A stretch of 64,000 nt of DNA from an uncultured Oligoflexia bacterium (GTDB taxonomy: Bacteria; Bdellovibrionota; UBA1018; UBA6935). Both the position numbers and the translations under genes were made by a program. Below the pieces are notes generated by a model. That model made no database searches. It was not told where the DNA came from and saw only the letters and a program-made list of their open reading frames with translations. Of the stretch, positions 55,011 to 63,434 are shown piece by piece. The stretch spans positions 93,601-157,600 of the forward strand of contig CAXGWU010000001.1 in assembly GCA_964013565.1 (NCBI GenBank), in the 5' to 3' direction. Numbering within the stretch: position 1 is the stretch's first letter; each line of letters starts with the position of its first letter.

Positions 55011-58000
55011 ATGAAAATACAACATTTCATTTTACCGCTCTCAGTGGTCTTTTTTGGGTTGATGGGAATAAGTCAGGCTTCTGGTGGACCTGCAACCCAA
55101 GAGGAAAAAGAAGCTCTTGTTTTTTTCAAGAACAATGGCCTGGAGTTAACTCTAAAAGAACTACGAGAAAATGAAAAAGATGCACAAAAAATAGCAGATA
55201 TGTGCACGAGCATTAAGGAAGACTATCAGCAGATTCCAGAAAGAGTAAAACAACGCTGTATTCATAGTGGGTCTGCAGGAACTTATATGCGGAATAAGTA
55301 CATTGTTAAATACACTCAAAGATTATTTAAAAAAGCAAACTGTGAAGGTGCAGATACCAAAGAATCGGTGATCGACTGTTATCAAAACATCCAAAATAAA
55401 TTGATTGATAAAAAAAATAAGTCAAAAAAGTCAGGGATTACCGGATATGGAAGACATTTCTCTAAGGTAAGACCGACTTTTAAAGAAGTTGCAGTGGATA
55501 AGTACTGCCATTCGATTGCACGAAAAAGAAGTGAAAACGGGGCTGCATTGCCTCCAACGTTTGTTACGGATTGTGTCGCTCTTGAGTATGGGCATTTAGC
55601 GGTCCTCGTAGAGGGACTTGATGTTAGAGATGATGAAAGTCTTTCTGGGACAAATATGATGCAAAAAAATGTTTCTCGTTTTGTGAGTCATTTACAAAAT
55701 CCAAAAGCATTTGAAGAAATCTTTAAAAAAGCCAGAGAGAAAGCAATTCGCCTTTCTAAAACTCCAGGGCAAAGTTTTCAAAAAGCTAATCTTGAATATC
55801 GAAGATTGGCTCGAATAGGTGCAGTCTTAAAGGAACTTGATGCCGTATGTAAAGGACTCAAAGGACAAAAGGCAAGAGCATGCGTACGTGAACAGCTGGG
55901 AGATATGAAGTATGAGCTCAGTCGTGGAGTGATGGAAAATGGTCTTGGTAATGAATTAGATTACGCAACCGCATGGGATTGGGCGAGAAGAGATTGTGTC
56001 GCTGCTTTGATTCAGCTCGATGGAAGTGAAGTTTCAGATACTAAAATAAGACAAAAAGAACTGAGAGATCAGTGTACTTCTCCTAAAGTGATTCAAGACA
56101 GGCTTTGGGAAGTTCCGAGCTTAGCTTTTGTTCCTCTAAAAAAAGGAGGAGGAGCAGGAGGTTCTGATGAGGACGGTGAGGGCTCAGGAGGAAGTGGCTC
56201 AGATGGGGAAAAGGGCGGAAGTTTTGGTGGCGTTGCTGGCGGTGGAAATGCAGACGCAGCTTCTTCCTCTGGTAATGTCGTTTTAGCTGATGATAAAGAT
56301 CATTGGAGTATTACCAATGATATTGCTTCTTTAAGAAATTTAATCAGTGAAAAAGTTTTTGACTCTAGTTCAGTTTGCCAAAGAGTCGCTTCAAAAGATG
56401 CAAACTTAAAGTATAAGAAAGAAGCAGCGTCCAGTCTTGGTGTTCCTGATGATGGCGTTTGTGTCGAATGTAAAAAAAGTGGAACGGGATTTTTAGGTAC
56501 CACTGTAGGTGACTTAGCTGAACACCTTGCTCATGAAAAAGCCGATGTGACTGTGGGTGAATATGACCGAATGCTTCGAAGGAAGTTTTTAAAAGTACTT
56601 TCCGATTCCTATAAAGAAGATTTTTTAGAAGATCTTCCTATTGAGAAAGAGGGAGCTTTTCCTGCTTCGAGGAAGAAAACATTTGGATCCTTGGGGCTTG
56701 ATGGATCGATGTGTGAAATTAATCCAAGTCTTTTAGATGCGATGGGTTTTGAGAAAGACGAAAAAGGGAACATTCAACCTGTGGTTCCTTTCCGAAAAAA
56801 CCAACTTGAAAAAGAGGATAGAATCGATCCTAAAAGAATTCGTTCATGCGCAAAAAGAATTTCTGATGCAAGAAATGCAGTGAGGACACGACTGTTTGGA
56901 AAAGACCCAGACGCTCTTCTTGACATGGTTTCTCAAGAAGATAAAGAGTTTGTGATTCAAAAAACAAAGCTTTATGAAGAAGTTGCGCAAGAGTGTCCAG
57001 AAGTCAAATGGGGTGCTCCTGGTGCTTCTCAGTTTCTTGGAAACCCTGGAAGCGAAGAAAAAGCGATGAAGTGGTATGACATCGAATTTAAAGGTTGGGG
57101 ATTTACTAAAGATAAAATTTCAAGAGATGGTCTTCCTTTTGTTACTCAATTTGGAGATTCATCTCTGAGTGATGCAGAGATTTCTTCTCGATTAACAAAA
57201 ATTAGAAAAGAAAGAAAAGATGCATATTTGAAACTGATCCATTCCACATGTGATCCTGATTTAAAACAAGCTGGGAAAATCACTTCTTATTTAAATAATA
57301 TGGCAGCTTTAGTTTCCGTGGATGATCCTGGTCATTTAAAAGATGAAAGAAGAGTGGGTGCGGACGGAAAAATTACCGCTTATGGAAAAATGAGAGATGC
57401 TCACGAGTGTGTCAATTTGACCAATAATGCAGATTTTAAACATGACGCATTTCAGACGTTTACGATGGTGGCGTGTACACTTGGAGAAGTGGCAGTGGGA
57501 GCATCAGGTGTGGGATTACCGATCACTGTTGGAATAGGTGCTGCGTGTTTTGGTGGAGAAGCATTAGAGCTTCTTGATCATATGAACCACAAATCTCAGA
57601 AAGCATCCTTTTTGTCGGCATGTGAACTCCTAAATGCGGGAAGAAAAGGAGTATGTGACTATGATTCTGCTCAAAAGGCAGCCCAAGAAGTTGAAGCGAT
57701 TTACGATGAATTAGTTCTAAGTGCTGCAATGAATGGAGTTGGGGTTTTGGGTGGAGACGTCCTAGGAAAAGGGTATGCGAAGGCAAAGCAGCTGAAGGGG
57801 GCTGCTCGTCGAATTAAGGATTGGAATACCTTATCTAAAGTGACTGGAGAGCTTGCTACCGCAAAGGGGCTTCAAAAGAAAATGAGCCGCTTGAAAAGGA
57901 TTGAAGATCAAATCGTGTCTCATCGAGGGCGGATCAGTCGACGAAAAATGAAAGCTCTTGAAAATGAAGCAGCTCGATTGAATAAGGAAATTTCAAGAGA

Positions 58001-58487
58001 TCTTGATGATGTGACCAATGCGATGATTGCTCAGATTAAGGTTAACGATCCAGCTCTTTATAAAGAAATGATTGCGGATGCGGCAGTTAAAAATAAAACG
58101 AATAAAATTGAACTTTTTGAAGATCTTTCTAGAAGAATGGATCAGAATGAAGCTTTTGCTAATAAAATGAGAGCTCAAGCAAAAGAGGCTCGAGAACGCT
58201 TGGCGGATACTCATCCAAATGTGCGGATGTACGACCCGGATCGGCAGCCTGCTGAGATTTTAGCGATTCAATCTAGAGTTGATGAAATCAAAAGTGGTTT
58301 AAAAGCAGATGAGAATCGACATTATTTTGAATTAGTCGAAGCTCATAAAAAGAAGCATGGAAGGAAACCAAGATTGCTTCAGCGAAGAAAGTATAAAAAA
58401 CAGGCTCGAGAACGCGCTGAGCTTGATATGAAACGAAAAGACGTTGACTTGGACAAACGTATCGTGAGTTGTCACGGAAAACGCTAA
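55011..58487 (+). CDS. very large hypothetical secreted protein (Cys-rich N-part, G/S/D linker, Gly-zipper-like hydrophobic hairpin, basic coiled-coil tail)
   Basis: Signal peptide MKIQHFILPLSVVFFGLMGISQA. Linker GGGAGGSDEDGEGSGGSGSDGEKGGSFGGVAGGG. Hydrophobic segment ACTLGEVAVGASGVGLPITVGIGAACFGGEA. K/R/E-rich C-terminus. Confidence 0.55.
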   Translation: MKIQHFILPLSVVFFGLMGISQASGGPATQEEKEALVFFKNNGLELTLKELRENEKDAQKIADMCTSIKEDYQQIPERVKQRCIHSGSAGTYMRNKYIVKYTQRLFKKANCEGADTKESVIDCYQNIQNKLIDKKNKSKKSGITGYGRHFSKVRPTFKEVAVDKYCHSIARKRSENGAALPPTFVTDCVALEYGHLAVLVEGLDVRDDESLSGTNMMQKNVSRFVSHLQNPKAFEEIFKKAREKAIRLSKTPGQSFQKANLEYRRLARIGAVLKELDAVCKGLKGQKARACVREQLGDMKYELSRGVMENGLGNELDYATAWDWARRDCVAALIQLDGSEVSDTKIRQKELRDQCTSPKVIQDRLWEVPSLAFVPLKKGGGAGGSDEDGEGSGGSGSDGEKGGSFGGVAGGGNADAASSSGNVVLADDKDHWSITNDIASLRNLISEKVFDSSSVCQRVASKDANLKYKKEAASSLGVPDDGVCVECKKSGTGFLGTTVGDLAEHLAHEKADVTVGEYDRMLRRKFLKVLSDSYKEDFLEDLPIEKEGAFPASRKKTFGSLGLDGSMCEINPSLLDAMGFEKDEKGNIQPVVPFRKNQLEKEDRIDPKRIRSCAKRISDARNAVRTRLFGKDPDALLDMVSQEDKEFVIQKTKLYEEVAQECPEVKWGAPGASQFLGNPGSEEKAMKWYDIEFKGWGFTKDKISRDGLPFVTQFGDSSLSDAEISSRLTKIRKERKDAYLKLIHSTCDPDLKQAGKITSYLNNMAALVSVDDPGHLKDERRVGADGKITAYGKMRDAHECVNLTNNADFKHDAFQTFTMVACTLGEVAVGASGVGLPITVGIGAACFGGEALELLDHMNHKSQKASFLSACELLNAGRKGVCDYDSAQKAAQEVEAIYDELVLSAAMNGVGVLGGDVLGKGYAKAKQLKGAARRIKDWNTLSKVTGELATAKGLQKKMSRLKRIEDQIVSHRGRISRRKMKALENEAARLNKEISRDLDDVTNAMIAQIKVNDPALYKEMIADAAVKNKTNKIELFEDLSRRMDQNEAFANKMRAQAKEARERLADTHPNVRMYDPDRQPAEILAIQSRVDEIKSGLKADENRHYFELVEAHKKKHGRKPRLLQRRKYKKQARERAELDMKRKDVDLDKRIVSCHGKR

Positions 58488-59092
58488 AAAAGATCAATGA
58501 GAACAATCTGTTCGTTTTGTTTGAGATACTTTAAAACAATCTGAGTGAGCATTTCAGCATAATCTTTAGGAGAGATTTCCTGGGGGTCTGGGGGATTGTT
58601 TAAATTAAATTCTGACTCTATAGAATGAAAGTAGTGATCAAAAGATTGAGGGTGAATCCCCAGGTCGTTGTCTTTAATGCCAAGAAGTTTTCCTGTGAAA
58701 TAGTATGTAATTTCCATACTGAAAATATCATATTGAAACTCTGTAAGATGAAGCTTTGGGATCTCTCCATGAAGAAATTTTTTAATTTCATCTAAAGTCA
58801 GTTCTATTTTTTCTTCCTCTGCAAGGAGGAGGTCATTGTTTTGATGTTCAAAAATGACAGCAGAAAAATCAAAAGTCGACCCTGAGACTTTTGTAAATGC
58901 TTCTTGAATGAATCTAAGGTCCGCCTTTTTTCTTTCTTGATCAATCATTGATTGAGGTTTTTGATTGGCTGGAACTAATCTGCTGTTTGGATCTTCAATT
59001 TCAAAAAGCTCGTTACAGAAAAAATCATCAGCAAAAGAGGTTCCTGATAGCAGAAAAAAGACCGTAAGTATCGAAAACTTCATGAGTTGCAT
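58484..59092 (-). CDS. hypothetical secreted acidic protein (single Cys in N-terminal CNELF)
   Basis: Signal peptide MKFSILTVFFLLSGTSFA. 202 aa. Confidence 0.55.
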   Translation of the reverse strand: MQLMKFSILTVFFLLSGTSFADDFFCNELFEIEDPNSRLVPANQKPQSMIDQERKKADLRFIQEAFTKVSGSTFDFSAVIFEHQNNDLLLAEEEKIELTLDEIKKFLHGEIPKLHLTEFQYDIFSMEITYYFTGKLLGIKDNDLGIHPQSFDHYFHSIESEFNLNNPPDPQEISPKDYAEMLTQIVLKYLKQNEQIVLIDLF

Positions 59093-59139
59093 ATATCACA
59101 TCAGTTTTGTTTGAAAAGGACGTCTTTGAATAATGGCTC

Positions 59140-59395
59140 TTTTTGAAAGAATAAGTGGAGAAAGGATCATCTTTAAAATTCTTTTATCCTCCTCATCCAT
59201 TTAAAACAGGTGAACTCGTGTCAGAAGACCAGTCCCGTATGGGGACTGGTCTTCTGGGGAGGAGCGTACAACTTCTAGCTGTACATGCCTGGTCTAGGCA
59301 ACTCTTTGAAACTTTTCTTAAGGACATAGAAGGAGGAGCTGATCCTGGCAAGTGATCCTCAGGGATGAGGCGTAGATTCTTGATTACGGAATTTT
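59140..59395 (+). ncRNA. candidate structured RNA (unidentified); strand uncertain
   Basis: A locally GC-rich island in an AT-rich divergent intergenic region. Perfect 15-bp hairpin 59222-59236 / 59242-59256 (cagaagaccagtccc-gtatg-gggactggtcttctg). Repeated GGAGGAGC boxes with complementary CCTCCTC and CCTCATCC / GGATGAGG pairs. Possible TTGTTT-16-AATAAT promoter at 59106-59133. Weak hairpin plus T-rich tail near 59369-59395. Confidence 0.25.
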
Positions 59396-59523
59396 ATTTA
59401 TTAACTATTTATTTTTATTGATAAAATATTAGTCACTTAAGTTGATTTTTTTGGTTTATTATTGCGCGGCAGGTCTTTATTGCTGAGAAGAGAGAAAATT
59501 ACCAGAAGGATAGAAGAGAATGA

Positions 59524-59552
59524 TTGAAGCCAGAGCAGCTTTGTTCTATATA
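59524..59552 (+). promoter_or_regulatory. sigma70-like promoter for the small basic protein gene
   Basis: TTGAAG (59524-59529), a 17-nt spacer, then TATATA (59547-59552). AAGGAG at 59569-59574 and ATG at 59580. Confidence 0.45.
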
Positions 59553-59579
59553 AGGGGTTTGTTTTTATAAGGAGTTTTT

Positions 59580-59768
59580 ATGTCTGAAGCGGCAACTGTT
59601 GATAAAAGTAAATTTTCTAGAAAAACTTTAAAGAAGCTTTTCAGAAAAGCACTTTCAAAAAAAATTCACGAAGATCGTGATTTTGCAAAAACCTTTTTCG
59701 AAGAAAAGTCAAAGCGTTCTACTGAAAGAAAAGTGGCTTATCGAAGAAGACACGTAGCTAAGAAGTAA
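59580..59768 (+). CDS. small highly basic (Lys/Arg-rich) hypothetical protein
   Basis: 62 aa, strong RBS AAGGAG 5 nt upstream, with its own promoter-like element. Confidence 0.5.
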   Translation: MSEAATVDKSKFSRKTLKKLFRKALSKKIHEDRDFAKTFFEEKSKRSTERKVAYRRRHVAKK

Positions 59769-59799
59769 TTCTAAGCTTTTATTTATACGTTCGGGGGGA

Positions 59800-60336
59800 A
59801 TGATGGGTCTTTCTAAAGGCGGGCGTTCGTCTATTCAATCAAAAGTACAGAAGCTGTTATCTCCGCTTCCTGAGAACCTTAGGAATACGCTCTATTTAAG
59901 AGTGTTTTCTTTGATGCAAATCCCTGTTCTTTTTTTTATTAGGCCTAAGGTTCTCCGAGTTGATGAAAAAGGCTGTACGGTAGTTATTCCTTTAAATCGA
60001 CGAACGAAAAACCATTTAGGATGTATGTATTTTGGGGTTCTTGCCTGTGGTGCAGATATCGCAGGAGGACTCGTGGCTATGAAAGCCATTGATGAAAGCG
60101 GAGAAAAGATTTCTCTGATCTTTAAAGATTTTCAAGCTCAGTTTTTAAAAAGAGTCGAAGGAGATTGTCATTTTGTGAGTGATGATGCCGATCGAGTCAA
60201 AGCATTAGTCCAAGAAGCAATACAGACCGGAGATCGAGTGGAAACTTCTGTATCTGTAGTTGCTCATGTTCCAGGTGTTTTAGACGAACCTGCCGCAACT
60301 TTCCAATTGACTCTGTCCCTGAAAAAGAAAAGCTAA
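59800..60336 (+). CDS. DUF4442/PaaI-like hotdog-fold thioesterase family protein
   Basis: LRVDEKGCTVVIPLNRRTKNHLGCMYFGVLACGADIAGG is typical of YiiD_C/DUF4442 hotdog proteins. Confidence 0.6.
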   Translation: MMGLSKGGRSSIQSKVQKLLSPLPENLRNTLYLRVFSLMQIPVLFFIRPKVLRVDEKGCTVVIPLNRRTKNHLGCMYFGVLACGADIAGGLVAMKAIDESGEKISLIFKDFQAQFLKRVEGDCHFVSDDADRVKALVQEAIQTGDRVETSVSVVAHVPGVLDEPAATFQLTLSLKKKS

Positions 60337-61004
60337 GATTGAATGAGTTGATTTGCTCTGTGAAAAACTTCATCGAACATGGGTTCAGTCAGTCTCTTTG
60401 TAAAGGTGTTTTGTTGGCTTGGATGATAAGACATTAAAATCACCCTTCCATCTGGAAGGCGGTGTTCTCCGAGGTGTTTGAATTTTGGTTTTTTTTGATT
60501 TGGACTAAGTGTCTTCCAAAGTGAATTTAAAGCAATTTGTCCTAGAACTAAATAAACTTTTATTGGAATCCATTTGATTTCATTTTCTAAATAAGGAAGA
60601 CAGTTTTTAATTTCCTCTGGAGTAGGTTTGTTTTGGGGAGGAGCACAATGGGCTGTTGCAGTGATGTATGCATTTTTTAATTTTAAAGAATCTGTAGAAT
60701 GAACCGATTCCATCTGATTTGAAAACCCCGCTTTGTAAAGGGCTCGGTAAAGCCATTCTCCTGAGCGATCTCCTGTAAACATACGTCCGGTACGGTTTGC
60801 CCCATGGGCTGCAGGAGCTAATCCTAGAATAAAGAGTTTTGCTTTTGGATCGCCAAAGCTAGGGACTGGTTTGCCCCAATACTTTTCATTGATGAATGCT
60901 TTTCTTTTTTTTTCTGAAATATTTTTACAGTGTTCGATGAGCCTTGGGCAAAGAGTACATTGTGGAATTTTAATGTTTTGGTTTTTTATTTTTTGTAAAT
61001 TCAT
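60333..61004 (-). CDS. uracil-DNA glycosylase, family 5 (UdgB-like, FeS)
   Basis: CTLCPRLIEHC cysteines. GLAPAAHGANRTGRMFTGDRSG (GLAPA motif of family 5). HPSQQN. Confidence 0.8.
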   Translation of the reverse strand: MNLQKIKNQNIKIPQCTLCPRLIEHCKNISEKKRKAFINEKYWGKPVPSFGDPKAKLFILGLAPAAHGANRTGRMFTGDRSGEWLYRALYKAGFSNQMESVHSTDSLKLKNAYITATAHCAPPQNKPTPEEIKNCLPYLENEIKWIPIKVYLVLGQIALNSLWKTLSPNQKKPKFKHLGEHRLPDGRVILMSYHPSQQNTFTKRLTEPMFDEVFHRANQLIQS

Positions 61005-61723
61005 GACTTCTTTTTTGGAATCATTTGATCCAGATCGGTAACTTCTTTTTCTGAAAGAATTCTAAATTCTCCAGAAGCGAGGTGAGAAAGTTCTAGAGGT
61101 CCTTGTTCTATTCTTTTGAGTTTTAAAACCTCATATCCTTGATTTTGAAACATCCTTCGAACAAAGCGATTTCTTCCTTCGCTGACTTCTACCTCATAGA
61201 CTTTTTTTGAGAGTGTATGAAGTCCTTCAAAGTGTCCTGGACCATCTTCGAGAAGAATTTGAGAAAGAAGGTGGTGTCGATCGACTTCATCGAGTTCTTT
61301 GTCTAAATGAACTTCGTAAGTTTTTCTTACACCAAAGCTTGGATGCATGAGTCTATTTCCTAGGTCGCCATCGTTAGTGAGTAAAAGAAGTCCTTCAGAT
61401 TCATAATCAAGTCTTCCCACGGGATTGAGATGATGATATTTTTTTGGAATCCAATCATAAATAGTCTTTCTGCCGTGAGGATCGTGTTTAGTGGTTAAGC
61501 ATTGAATCGGTTTATGAAAAAGTAGAAATTCCTTTTTTTTATCAAGAATCACTTTTTGATGGTCAAGTTCAATCAAATCGGTTGTTGGATCTGCTTTGAC
61601 TCCTAATTCAGTAATCACGTTTCCATTTATTTTTACTCTGCCGGATTCAATTGCTTTTTCAGCCGCTCTTCGACTAAGAAGCCCTGCTTGGGATAGGATT
61701 TTTTGAATTCGCAATTTACTCAT
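61001..61723 (-). CDS. RsuA/RluB-family pseudouridine synthase
   Basis: S4 domain RIQKILSQAGLLSRRAAEKAIESGRVKING. Catalytic GRLDYESEGLLLLTNDG. Confidence 0.88.
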   Translation of the reverse strand: MSKLRIQKILSQAGLLSRRAAEKAIESGRVKINGNVITELGVKADPTTDLIELDHQKVILDKKKEFLLFHKPIQCLTTKHDPHGRKTIYDWIPKKYHHLNPVGRLDYESEGLLLLTNDGDLGNRLMHPSFGVRKTYEVHLDKELDEVDRHHLLSQILLEDGPGHFEGLHTLSKKVYEVEVSEGRNRFVRRMFQNQGYEVLKLKRIEQGPLELSHLASGEFRILSEKEVTDLDQMIPKKKS

Positions 61724-62493
61724 TTTTTTGTGATTTCACTTTCGTAGAAGGTAAATTGATCTTTAAAACCAATTTGATGATAAAGGTCGATTGCTTTTTT
61801 ATTTTTACTTAGAACATTGAGTCCAATCCATTGACACTCGTTCATGAGTTCTAAACAAAGAGCTGTAATTACCTCGTATCCATACCCTTGGTTTCGGTGG
61901 AGAGGATGAGTAGCAATGTTTCCTAGCGCTGCTGTTTTATAATCAGGAGAGTAAGTGTGAATTCCAGCAACAGAAAGAATTTGATCATCTTTGATGATTG
62001 CTTTGAATTTTCCGGTCTCAATCATAAATGAATCATACCAATGATCTGGATAGGAGAGGGTATAAAAATCAAGGAGTTGTTGAGAATGAGAATGATTTAA
62101 GCTTTGGATTAAAAGGGAAGGGTTTCTTCTTTTTAAAGAAGGATTTTGAAGTAACATGCGCTGATGAGGGTGAGAGAATCCAATCGTAAAATTTCTATCG
62201 GCTTTGGGGCGGGCTGGAGAGTCGAGGTAAAACCGTTCAGGTAGAACAAAAGAAAGTTCAGAAAGGATTTCTGATAGCGTGCTGGAATCTTGAATTTTTG
62301 GTGTAATTAGAATGGAGTGTTTTTCTGCTTGATAGAGTAAGAAAACACTTGGAAGTCCTTTAATGGTAAACCAACGGGTTTTCGGAAAATAAAAAGGATC
62401 AAGATCCCCGATAAGGTATAGGTACGCGCATGGATCCTTTTTCATGAGCTCCCAGAGTTTATTTTTTTCTTTGATTTCTCGTACTAAAGACAC
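61720..62493 (-). CDS. GNAT-family N-acetyltransferase
   Basis: C-terminal acetyl-CoA motif IATHPLHRNQGYGYEV. 4-nt overlaps with both neighbours. Confidence 0.7.
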   Translation of the reverse strand: MSLVREIKEKNKLWELMKKDPCAYLYLIGDLDPFYFPKTRWFTIKGLPSVFLLYQAEKHSILITPKIQDSSTLSEILSELSFVLPERFYLDSPARPKADRNFTIGFSHPHQRMLLQNPSLKRRNPSLLIQSLNHSHSQQLLDFYTLSYPDHWYDSFMIETGKFKAIIKDDQILSVAGIHTYSPDYKTAALGNIATHPLHRNQGYGYEVITALCLELMNECQWIGLNVLSKNKKAIDLYHQIGFKDQFTFYESEITKK

Positions 62494-62513
62494 TCCGTGT
62501 CTTTAGCATGACT

Positions 62514-63002
62514 TTATTTTTTTGCAAAGAAGTGATCAATGTGTTTTAGCGCCTTTTGGTAGGAAAGGGAGTAGGGGCATAGGCTTTGCTGTTGATTTGT
62601 ACAATCTGTTTGAATTTGTGCTGCCATCTTTTTAAAGACGGGAACATATTTCTTGAGTTGTACCTTTGCTTCTGTTGAACCTTGATGGACCTTTTCTATA
62701 AGAGCTTTGGTCGTGTTATAGAGGAGAATGCTGATGTCAGCTTTGTTTTTAAGGGGACTTCTTAGGTATGAACTTGTGACCACACGATTGCATTGGACGT
62801 ACTCTTCTATGTCTAGCTCCATGAGGTCTGCTTGCAAAAAAGCTCCTTGAGAAATAAGGTCGTTGACCACTTTTTGATCACAAGAAGCTCCTTTTTTTCC
62901 TTCAATACTTAGAGCATGAGAAAGTTCTTTGAGATCTTTGGCAAATGCAAAAGTTTTGAAATGAATAAGAATCAGAAAACTATAAAAAAAGAATCGCATC
63001 AA
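62514..63002 (-). CDS. hypothetical secreted protein
   Basis: Signal peptide MMRFFFYSFLILIHFKTFAFA. 162 aa. Confidence 0.5.
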   Translation of the reverse strand: MMRFFFYSFLILIHFKTFAFAKDLKELSHALSIEGKKGASCDQKVVNDLISQGAFLQADLMELDIEEYVQCNRVVTSSYLRSPLKNKADISILLYNTTKALIEKVHQGSTEAKVQLKKYVPVFKKMAAQIQTDCTNQQQSLCPYSLSYQKALKHIDHFFAKK

Positions 63003-63420
63003 GAGAATATCTCCCTGGTCCTATTACAAAAAAGACCATTAATATCACAGCAAGATTAATAGTATATTCGGCTCCTGGAGGATTATTGGTAATTAAGTAC
63101 CCTCCTCCTTTATGTCCAATCAGTCCAGCAACCACCATTGTAAAAAAAAGAACAATTGCGGCAGGTCTCATCAAAAGCCCAAGGGCAAGTGCAGCTCCTC
63201 CGACAAGCTCACTCAGCATCGCTAAATAAGCTTGCAGTTTTGGCATGGGAACTCCCAGGCTTTTTAGCCAGCCTGCAAATCCTTTCATGCTTCCTCCTGG
63301 ACCAACCCAGCCGAGCTTTCCAAACGCATGAATCATAAAACAGACACCGATAAAGATTCGTCCTATGAGTATTGCAATATGAATCCATTCACCATGACTT
63401 TTAAGGAGATAAATTGACAT
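62980..63420 (-). CDS. DoxX-family membrane protein
   Basis: Four TM helices with GRIFIGVCFMIHAFGKL, typical of DoxX. Confidence 0.75.
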   Translation of the reverse strand: MSIYLLKSHGEWIHIAILIGRIFIGVCFMIHAFGKLGWVGPGGSMKGFAGWLKSLGVPMPKLQAYLAMLSELVGGAALALGLLMRPAAIVLFFTMVVAGLIGHKGGGYLITNNPPGAEYTINLAVILMVFFVIGPGRYSLDAILFL

Positions 63421-63434
63421 TCTTCAAAAGTAAC

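Noticed and set aside
59222-59256. The hairpin arm GTCAGAAGACCAGTC resembles the cobalamin-riboswitch B12 box (consensus roughly AGYCMGGAGACCKGCC).
   Set aside because: I could not find the other conserved cobalamin-riboswitch elements (the GGGAA, GGTG..AA.TCC and CCCGC.ACTG blocks). The box is also locked in a perfect local hairpin, unlike the riboswitch architecture. An Rfam scan is needed to be sure.
59155-59355. A 66-aa GTG-initiated ORF in the 58484-59092 / 59580 spacer.
   Set aside because: It has no RBS and an unremarkable peptide. It spans a perfect 15-bp hairpin and several complementary boxes. It is better explained as a structured RNA or regulatory element.
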